DNA of 42,003 bases from positions 1 through 42,003 of IMG/VR virus record IMGVR_UViG_3300032250_000163; one strand, 5' to 3'. The notes under the pieces are model-generated. The model did no database searches. It was given only the letters and a program-made list of their open reading frames with translations, and was not told the origin of the DNA. Source of the DNA: a virus. Lineage: Duplodnaviria; Caudoviricetes. Made by a program: the position numbers and the translations under genes. Positions 35,599 to 42,003 of this stretch are shown here, one piece after another; positions within the stretch are counted from its first letter, which is position 1, and each line of letters opens with the position of its first letter.

Positions 35599-36495
35599 TT
35601 AAACCTCCAAATATTGCAGTTCAAATTCATTGGCTCGTTGCTCATACTTAATGTAACCACGAGGATTACATACCACTCTGGTATCACCAATACTATAATC
35701 AGATTGGTTGTGCATATGACCATGAGTCCACAATTTAATCTGTGGCCTATCCATGATAAACTCCGATAACTCGGATGCATACGCACCATTCATTAGTGTA
35801 TCGTGTTTAAACCACTCAGCAATACTTTGGTGTGTAGGTGCATGATGCGTTACAACCACATACTTCTTCGACTTGTCATCAACGGCATGGTTAATATAGT
35901 TAAGCATTCTATCGTGGTCTTGAATAGAATCTTCTACCGACCACTTTGATGGTTTCTCATAATGGTCAATGCGTTCAACCACCAGATTACCCTCAGCATC
36001 TTTCAGGTGCATACCAGAACCATCAGGATTCTTGGCATAAACTTTGTTGGTGTGGTGTGTCATACGATTACTATTCGTGATTAACTTAAAGTCATTCATA
36101 CGCTGGCCACAATGCCATTTGGTCAATGCATCGTCTTTGTTCATATTCGTCCACAATGTACCACCAACGAAAGTAATATCACCATGTTCCCATGTTTCTT
36201 TTTCGAGTAGGTGAATATTCTCCTGCGGTAATAACTCATGCTTCAAGCGGTCATAGGTGTGGCGAATATCAAAATCATAATGCTCATGGTTACCCATCAC
36301 ATATACAACATGAGGAAATTGAAATGAACACCGACTAAAGAAATCACGAACCAATGCTCGTTCTTTTGGTTTTTTTGTAAACACTTTTGCTGTACAAATG
36401 TCACCACTCAAAATGAGAACGTCAGCATTTTCCTCATTCTTTAGAAAGAGGTCGCCAAACTCAAGGTGAATATCTGAAGCCAATGCAATTTTCAT
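35599..36495 (-). CDS. Calcineurin-like metallophosphoesterase
   Basis: SDIHLE, SGDI, GNHEHY, THHAP, HGHMH and NPRGY. Confidence 0.92.
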   Translation of the reverse strand: MKIALASDIHLEFGDLFLKNEENADVLILSGDICTAKVFTKKPKERALVRDFFSRCSFQFPHVVYVMGNHEHYDFDIRHTYDRLKHELLPQENIHLLEKETWEHGDITFVGGTLWTNMNKDDALTKWHCGQRMNDFKLITNSNRMTHHTNKVYAKNPDGSGMHLKDAEGNLVVERIDHYEKPSKWSVEDSIQDHDRMLNYINHAVDDKSKKYVVVTHHAPTHQSIAEWFKHDTLMNGAYASELSEFIMDRPQIKLWTHGHMHNQSDYSIGDTRVVCNPRGYIKYEQRANEFELQYLEV

Positions 36496-36726
36496 TTAAT
36501 GTAATATATCTTTCTTATCATCTTGGTAAATAATATCTTTTGGATGTTCCAAAAGTTTTATGTAATCATCTTCGGTGCCTGTTTCTTTGGCCATTCGTGT
36601 GAGTCTTGCCAATATAATCGCAGTCAAATTCAATGGGTGTAAATCATAAGTTTGTACCCATTCTAATAATGCACCATCAATCTCTTCCGACAAATCAAGC
36701 AACAGGCCATCATCTTCTAAATTCAT
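36496..36726 (-). CDS. Hypothetical protein
   Basis: Coupled 76-aa ORF. Confidence 0.6.
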   Translation of the reverse strand: MNLEDDGLLLDLSEEIDGALLEWVQTYDLHPLNLTAIILARLTRMAKETGTEDDYIKLLEHPKDIIYQDDKKDILH

Positions 36727-36929
36727 TATTTCTTTTCCATAATGTGTTTGATTACGGTATTTGCTTCTGATAAATTAGATTTTAACACGGCCTCATCAAT
36801 AAAAGCAAGCTGCTTACTGGCAAGCATTTGACACTCAAGAAAACTCAATAAAAATTTGTGTGCGTCAGTCTTTTCGGTAAACGTTTTGATTGGTCGGCCT
36901 TGGTATCGAACAGTGTATTGTATATTCAT
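36726..36929 (-). CDS. Hypothetical protein
   Basis: Coupled 67-aa ORF with an AGGAG RBS. Confidence 0.6.
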   Translation of the reverse strand: MNIQYTVRYQGRPIKTFTEKTDAHKFLLSFLECQMLASKQLAFIDEAVLKSNLSEANTVIKHIMEKK

Positions 36930-36932
36930 AAT

Positions 36933-37109
36933 TTAAACTCCTACGCAAGTATATCGAATTGATTTGAGTGTACCATTAGCCATCTTCGTTACCTTATCAC
37001 CTGCAGCCTTACAGGCATTTTCGGTTTGAAAACTATTAACAGTAGTCAAGGCCACGGAATCGGTGTTACTCATACCACCAGCAAACGCAAACACAATTAA
37101 TACCCACAT
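36933..37109 (-). CDS. 58-aa exported-looking two-Cys protein (not in the ORF track)
   Basis: MWVLIVFAFAGGMSNTDSVALTTVNSFQTENACKAAGDKVTKMANGTLKSIRYTCVGV fills the gap exactly. Confidence 0.65.
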   Translation of the reverse strand: MWVLIVFAFAGGMSNTDSVALTTVNSFQTENACKAAGDKVTKMANGTLKSIRYTCVGV

Positions 37110-37110
37110 A

Positions 37111-37530
37111 TTATTTCTTCTTCTTTGTTTTAATTACTGCCATTCGTGCTTCTTCTTTGGTGAAACTATCTGGCGGAAAAGGAGGATCCTGAATTTGTGG
37201 CCGGTCATGGTCATCTCTGTATCCTTGGCCGTCATATGCATCACTTAACTGATTACGCAATGCAGCACATTCTTCATTCAGCATACGATTCTCACGAACC
37301 AATGTCATATGCACATCTTCAAATAGTTCCCACAATTTATTGAATCGAATCTCATTAATCTCTTTCAAACCAAATAACACATTGGTAATTTGGTCGTGAC
37401 TTAAATCACGTTCAAGAATGGCCTCAGACAAATCATAAATGTCGTCCGTAACCAACCAGCACTTTTGAATCTGTTGTTCAAAATCAAATCCATCACTCAT
37501 ATTATTCCCATATCCTATGTTTTTCTGCAA
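37111..37530 (-). CDS. Hypothetical protein (start probably at MSDGFDFE, 37500)
   Basis: FDFEQQIQKCWLVTDDI...F.KLWELFE. Confidence 0.65.
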   Translation of the reverse strand: MQKNIGYGNNMSDGFDFEQQIQKCWLVTDDIYDLSEAILERDLSHDQITNVLFGLKEINEIRFNKLWELFEDVHMTLVRENRMLNEECAALRNQLSDAYDGQGYRDDHDRPQIQDPPFPPDSFTKEEARMAVIKTKKKK

Positions 37531-37924
37531 CCCATTCTAAACCATCATATTCTTCAATCGTCCATTGGACATCAATTGGAATATCCACAATCTTTAATTG
37601 TGAATACTGACTATTAGCTTCTTCGCCCATTTCTTTTATCACTTGGACTAAAATGGGATCATTACGAGCAATGTCACGATAAGAAAAGTTCTGCTCACTC
37701 CATGTTTCATTGTAAGTTTTCTTTTCTTCATCGGTCATTGACCAAAAATCAGATTCACGATTAACCACACGCTCTTCTTTTGGTACTAACCAATAATTGA
37801 AATGGCCTTCCCAATCTTCATCTTCTTCAACCCAAACTTTTTTACCTTTGAGTTCAAGGTAACGCACAATGGCGGGCATTGATAAACCAAAGCCACCATG
37901 GCAACGATTGATAACAACTTTCAT
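37502..37924 (-). CDS. Conserved hypothetical phage protein
   Basis: KVVINRCHGGFGLS, RNDPILVQVI and IEEYDGLEWVAEKH. Confidence 0.75.
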   Translation of the reverse strand: MKVVINRCHGGFGLSMPAIVRYLELKGKKVWVEEDEDWEGHFNYWLVPKEERVVNRESDFWSMTDEEKKTYNETWSEQNFSYRDIARNDPILVQVIKEMGEEANSQYSQLKIVDIPIDVQWTIEEYDGLEWVAEKHRIWE

Positions 37925-38658
37925 TAAATCTCCACACTCTTAATAGAATCCCAACGGAATGACCGCCAGCCTTGTGCTTCAACATCATATACAGGTAAAG
38001 AATCAACAGCAACAGCACGAACCTTCTTCACATTCTCACTCACAACCTGAGGCACAATCTCTTTCGATAAAGTGCATTTCATGGTACGCTCGGTGCCATC
38101 ATTCTTTTCAAATACTACGGTTGCAATACCATCACGCAATACTGATTTCAACCAATCTTGGCCAACCTGACTGCCATCAAATACAGTCTTTGGTGGATTA
38201 ATTTCTACCTTGTCATACATTTCAGCAGCACAATACTTTTTGAATTGTCCAAGAGTACCTTCAAATAACGGTGCGTAGGTATCATCTTGGGTCATACCAA
38301 ACATATTACAACCACAATCCATAATTTTGATTCTCAACTCACCATCAATATTATAAACATGGTACTCATAATCTTGGCCACAATCTTCTGCTGAGGTAGG
38401 ATACAAATAGAAACCGCCTGATTCATTTTTGAAATGAGCCACTAATTGTGCAGCCAAGCAACCCATGCCATTAAACTGTAAATCTTTGCCAATGCCATCA
38501 AGGCCATTCACTACACGACCAGAATTTAAAAACTCTGCCAACTCTGAACCGTGACCGGTTGGATAACCATCGAATTGACGGTACATATTGATAATGGCTT
38601 CTGGTTTTTCACCAGTTTTTGATTCTTCGTAAACGAAAGTAAGTGCTCTTGTTCCCAT
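37924..38658 (-). CDS. Two-domain protein: unknown N-domain plus a C-terminal SH3/WYL-like beta-barrel (DUF2693-like)
   Basis: N-domain MGTR...YRQFDGYP.GHG; C-domain VVFEKNDGTERTMKCTL...VYDVEAQGWRSFRWD. Confidence 0.65.
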   Translation of the reverse strand: MGTRALTFVYEESKTGEKPEAIINMYRQFDGYPTGHGSELAEFLNSGRVVNGLDGIGKDLQFNGMGCLAAQLVAHFKNESGGFYLYPTSAEDCGQDYEYHVYNIDGELRIKIMDCGCNMFGMTQDDTYAPLFEGTLGQFKKYCAAEMYDKVEINPPKTVFDGSQVGQDWLKSVLRDGIATVVFEKNDGTERTMKCTLSKEIVPQVVSENVKKVRAVAVDSLPVYDVEAQGWRSFRWDSIKSVEI

Positions 38659-38670
38659 AATATATTTTCC

Positions 38671-38931
38671 TTAATCCAATAATGTCATGTATGCTTGTGC
38701 ATTGTTGTTGATAAACCAATTAAGACATTTACGCAAATTCTTATGGTCACCAATTAACTCACAACCTTTTAAATAATCATATACAGCAACTTCAACGGGA
38801 GACAGAATACACGATTCACCACTAAATGGGTTTTGCACAATAACTGGTTCATTATCTAAAATCATAATGCCAGGAAAAATATCTTGAATCGATTTGTTTA
38901 CTGTTTTTTTCATATTAAAATTCCTTCTCAA
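38671..38931 (-). CDS. Hypothetical protein
   Basis: NPFSGE...L.P.EVAVYD...G.E...AYMTLLD; directly downstream of a promoter. Confidence 0.65.
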   Translation of the reverse strand: MRRNFNMKKTVNKSIQDIFPGIMILDNEPVIVQNPFSGESCILSPVEVAVYDYLKGCELIGDHKNLRKCLNWFINNNAQAYMTLLD

Positions 38932-38942
38932 ATTGAACTACC

Positions 38943-39004
38943 ATTATAACATAACCATAGGGAATTGCAAGAGAAATATGCTGAAATGTTGCTTGGAAAC
39001 AACA
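38943..39004 (-). promoter_or_regulatory. Early sigma70-type promoter with an upstream TGTTG-N8-CAACA box
   Basis: TTGCAA (38970-38965), 16 nt, TATAAT (38948-38943); palindrome at 38987-39004. Confidence 0.7.
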
Positions 39005-39008
39005 GATT

Positions 39009-39188
39009 TTAGTCGATTAGGAGCGCCTCTGGAGAGAGGACGCCAATGAGTATGAGACCTAGTATAACCGAACAAACCAGAAGCATTCCAAGCGCTTCTG
39101 GTGAGTGGTCCAAGGTGTTTCGGCACTCATACTCCCTACCTGCGGAGAAGGCACAACCGATACAAAATGCTAATAAAATTAATGCCAT
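39009..39188 (-). CDS. 59-aa protein with two hydrophobic segments (not in the ORF track)
   Basis: MALILLAFCIGCAFSAGREYECRNTLDHSPEALGMLLVCSVILGLILIGVLSPEALLID ends just before the promoter box. Confidence 0.5.
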   Translation of the reverse strand: MALILLAFCIGCAFSAGREYECRNTLDHSPEALGMLLVCSVILGLILIGVLSPEALLID

Positions 39189-39195
39189 TTAGCCA

Positions 39196-39441
39196 TCATC
39201 TCACCGTATAAGTTTTATACACCAATTTATTTTGGTTCTTTGCGTACTGTTTAAATTCGATTGGTTTACAGGCAGGCACCAACTTGGTATCTACCTTATC
39301 AAACACACCGCTGTAATAGGTTTGTTTAACGAGGCAATCGTCTTTTGTCTGGTACTCCGAATGAACCTGATAGTTTAACGGAGTATTCAGATAGAATATT
39401 AAAATCCATTTCATAATATATCCTTCACCATATTGAAACAC
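39196..39441 (-). CDS. Small two-Cys hypothetical protein (start probably at MKWILIF, 39414)
   Basis: Hydrophobic N-terminus; YQTKDDC...AC pattern similar to 36933..37109. Confidence 0.6.
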   Translation of the reverse strand: MFQYGEGYIMKWILIFYLNTPLNYQVHSEYQTKDDCLVKQTYYSGVFDKVDTKLVPACKPIEFKQYAKNQNKLVYKTYTVR

Positions 39442-39580
39442 ATTGGTATCTCGGAGTGTATATGCAGAGCAGTCCGGCCGGTTCTCTCTACTTCAACTCC
39501 CCATTGAATCATGATCTAAATTCAACTCAATGTGTTTCAATATGGCGGCCTCTCCCGAGGAGCCATATTTGATTCTACGA

Positions 39581-39928
39581 TTAGGCTGCTACTTCAGCAG
39601 GTTGAGATTGGTCAACTGCTTTGCCAGCTTTTGCAACTGGTGCAGCTGCTGCCTTGGTGGCGCCTTTGAATCGACCATTAGCATCGAACTCGGTAAAGTT
39701 TACGAGCTGATAACCTGTCACCTTACGGCCAGATTTAATCACTTTGACGATGCCGCCATCTTTACGAATGTTGTAGATGTTGGTAGAGAGGCGATATAGA
39801 ACCGCTTCTTGGTCGGTGCCTTGAAATACGGCAGCAATCTCGTCAGGTGATACTGGTTTGCCACTCAATAATACCTGAGTGATTTTCTCGTGCCTATTGA
39901 TTTTTCCCTTGCGGATAGTTAATGCCAT
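39581..39928 (-). CDS. Basic hypothetical protein, possible winged-helix DNA-binding protein
   Basis: Helical N-part, RLSTNIYNIRKDGGIVK...GYQLVN and an Ala/Lys-rich tail; first gene after an early promoter. Confidence 0.6.
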   Translation of the reverse strand: MALTIRKGKINRHEKITQVLLSGKPVSPDEIAAVFQGTDQEAVLYRLSTNIYNIRKDGGIVKVIKSGRKVTGYQLVNFTEFDANGRFKGATKAAAAPVAKAGKAVDQSQPAEVAA

Positions 39929-39990
39929 GATGTAATTCCTTCTTCAATTAAATTAATATAAAATGATACTTCTCACATACTACACCAACC

Positions 39991-40042
39991 ATTATACAGG
40001 TTCTGGTTTGGTTGGCAACCAGTTTGTTGTACCTAAACAACA
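39991..40042 (-). promoter_or_regulatory. Early sigma70-type promoter with an upstream TGTTG-N8-CAACA box
   Basis: TTGCCA (40018-40013), 16 nt, TATAAT (39996-39991); palindrome at 40025-40042. Confidence 0.7.
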
Positions 40043-40611
40043 AGTTTACCACTTTTTTTCTGCCACTTTATACCTTTGTTCCACGGTATTCTTTTACTGG
40101 AAGCCTCACCAATTTTTTTCTTGGTTTCTTCCGAATGTTTTTTACCAGTAGCGGACAAACTCATTTTCTTTTTTGTTTCTTCGCTACGTTTTTGTCCTAT
40201 TTTGGATTGGGACATTTTTCGTTTGGATTCTTCACTAAATTTATAACCCAATAAATTTTTGTTACCTTTAACACCTTCTGATATTTTCTTTTTATCTTCT
40301 TCAGTAAAAACATATCCTCTTAAACCTTCACCACCAATTGTAGAATTATATCCTTCATTATAACTGTTATACTCTTGAATAAAATGTGGTTCCATTATTT
40401 TCAACGTATGGTCAGCATCACATGATTGGTATATTAATTGCCATTCAAAATTATTCCATCCGTGTTTACGAATTGCTCTGTAAAATTTATTATCTTCCGT
40501 TTTATAACAACATTTATGACCATTCTTTCTTTTTGGCCAATGGGTTGCAAAACCAATATAACATTTACCGTTTATTTTATTTGTTGCTTTGTAGATAGAA
40601 TATATACTCAT
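40033..40611 (-). mobile_element. Free-standing GIY-YIG (Seg-like) homing endonuclease with NUMOD3 repeats
   Basis: IYSIYKATNKINGKCYIG, AIRKHG, GYNSTIGGEG and four (H/F)SEETKKK(M/I)S-type repeats. Confidence 0.87.
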
Positions 40612-40677
40612 GCTGGCATTCCTTTACAATGTTAGGGTGGGTGGGAGCTCCAACTCCGTGACCCACACCTATTTATA
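40612..40677 (-). ncRNA. Structured cis-regulatory leader (late promoter plus two hairpins), copy B
   Basis: Colinear, gap-free homolog of 19426-19491 with compensatory base changes. Confidence 0.75.
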
Positions 40678-41895
40678 TCAGAATGGTACCTCTTGATTCA
40701 ACATCTCGGTAGCCGTTGCTAATGGACTCGTATTCGCTGGTGATTCTACTGAAGCATCCACTTTAGAATACAAATCTAAAAATGCCATTTTTGTTTCGGC
40801 ATCAAAACGATTCACACAAAGCTCAATCGCTTTCATGCGGTCTTTGAAAATCTCATACGCTTTGGCAATGTGTACCAAACGGCGAGTGGAGATAATTTCA
40901 TCAACTGCACCTTGGTCAAATGTTTGGCGAACCACATCTGCCCATTGGCACAAATTCTCTACAAAATCCTTATCGTCAATCAATGGCGTAAGAATCTTTC
41001 TCTCGGTCTTGGCATCAGGATATTCCTGTTCTACCGTAATCGGGAATCGTTCAAGGAAGGCATCGTCAAGCACTTGTGATAAGTAACGACCTTCTTCACT
41101 ACCACGACCTTTGGTATTGGCGGTGGCAATCACGGTGAAGCCATTGGTTGGCACTACAACTTCGCCAGTCTTTTTGTTGTAGTATGGTTTGCCTTCTAAG
41201 ATGCCTTGCAAACACATCAACTTATTAGAACCACGGTCTACTTCGTCAATCAATAACACGGCGCCTTTCTTCATTGCCTGCAATACAGGACCATCACGAT
41301 TCACCACATTACCATTGATAAGAGTAGGACCACCAAGTAAATCGGTTTCATCGGTCTCAATAGAAATGTTTACACGAATACATTCACGCTTGAGTTCAGC
41401 ACACACTTGCTCAACCATCAAGGTCTTGCCGTTGCCTGATAAACCAGTCACGAATACAGGATAAAATGATTTCGATTTAATGATACCAAGCAAATCTTTG
41501 TAGAAACCAAACGGCACATAATCAGGCCATTTTGTAGGAATGGCCGAATCAGATTCATCAATCATTTTTGGTTGACGGAACTCAAGCACTTGTGCTGTCT
41601 GAGCATGAAGCGCAACTTCTAATTCTGGCTCAGGAAAATCAATTGGATCTTTTCCGCCAGTCATATGGACTTTTTTGATTTTCAAACCTGAAGGTGGAAC
41701 TTTGTATTGACCACGGTCATAGCGATACTCCGCTTTAGTCACTAGCCAATACGGCATAGGACAACCAGATTCATTTACAATTTTTTGTATATCTTCTCTG
41801 GTGATAATAGCCTCAGAGCCAAACTTTTGCTCACAAGCGGTTACAAAAGCCAAACCGTTTTTGTTTAATTTATTCACATAAACTCCCATAATCAA
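40678..41895 (-). CDS. MoxR/CbbQ-type AAA+ ATPase (the 'CobS-like' protein of T4-like phages)
   Basis: GLSGNGKT (Walker A), LLIDEVD (Walker B), ATANTKGRG, AFLERF and ISTRRLVHI. Confidence 0.9.
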   Translation of the reverse strand: MIMGVYVNKLNKNGLAFVTACEQKFGSEAIITREDIQKIVNESGCPMPYWLVTKAEYRYDRGQYKVPPSGLKIKKVHMTGGKDPIDFPEPELEVALHAQTAQVLEFRQPKMIDESDSAIPTKWPDYVPFGFYKDLLGIIKSKSFYPVFVTGLSGNGKTLMVEQVCAELKRECIRVNISIETDETDLLGGPTLINGNVVNRDGPVLQAMKKGAVLLIDEVDRGSNKLMCLQGILEGKPYYNKKTGEVVVPTNGFTVIATANTKGRGSEEGRYLSQVLDDAFLERFPITVEQEYPDAKTERKILTPLIDDKDFVENLCQWADVVRQTFDQGAVDEIISTRRLVHIAKAYEIFKDRMKAIELCVNRFDAETKMAFLDLYSKVDASVESPANTSPLATATEMLNQEVPF

Positions 41896-41906
41896 TTAAG
41901 TGTACC

Positions 41907-41967
41907 ATTATACAGGTACCACACCATAAGTCAAGAACTATTTTCATTGTGTTGTTTTGGTACAACA
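41907..41967 (-). promoter_or_regulatory. Early sigma70-type promoter with an upstream TGTTG-N8-CAACA box
   Basis: TTGACT (41934-41929), 16 nt, TATAAT (41912-41907); palindrome at 41950-41967. Confidence 0.7.
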
Positions 41968-42003
41968 CATAGGAATATGCACTTTTATTGACAAAACCAG
42001 TCA

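Noticed and set aside
38944-39126. 60-aa ORF from the track
   Set aside because: It runs through the promoter and palindromic box; the alternative frame 39009..39188 fits the gene layout better.
174-41464. Numerous 60-230 aa ORFs antisense to or nested within the called genes (e.g. 2739..3215, 14987..15373, 16091..16783, 32568..32960)
   Set aside because: They are shadows of well-supported genes on the opposite strand or frame, with no recognisable motifs.
1-42003. tRNA genes or an alternative genetic code
   Set aside because: I saw no cloverleaf candidates in the short intergenic gaps, and core genes are full length in the standard code with TAA, TAG and TGA all used as stops.

Overview
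This 42 kb window is part of a T4-like myophage genome, with a gene order resembling T4-like cyanophages and freshwater phages; the host cannot be read from this window. Positions 1-17.4 kb are a baseplate and tail module: gp7-like (partial), gp6, gp25, a tail fibre, split gp5, a hub protein, gp53, gp48, gp4, gp2, gp54, gp26, gp51 and two paralogous tape-measure-like genes, one carrying a GH19 muramidase. Positions 17.4-22.4 kb hold replication and late-transcription genes (gp32, gp59, gp33, an exonuclease). Positions 22.4-28.5 kb are the most unusual part, a RiPP-like modification cluster: a radical SAM/SPASM enzyme, two membrane desaturases, a late-promoter-driven protein with an Asn-Cys-rich core, an EF-hand protein and three Fe(II)/2OG-type oxygenases. 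Positions 28.5-42 kb are accessory and early genes (PhoH, a DenV-like glycosylase, a GalE-like epimerase, rubredoxin plus rubrerythrin, a metallophosphoesterase, a CobS/MoxR AAA+ ATPase). There are three GIY-YIG homing endonucleases. Signals beyond the ORF track include (i) a 66-nt leader with compensatory base-pair changes shared by two homing endonucleases 21 kb apart, (ii) a probable -1 frameshift joining gp26 to gp51, and (iii) a TGTTG-N8-CAACA palindrome upstream of three early promoters. All family assignments come from motif recognition by eye; no database searches were run.
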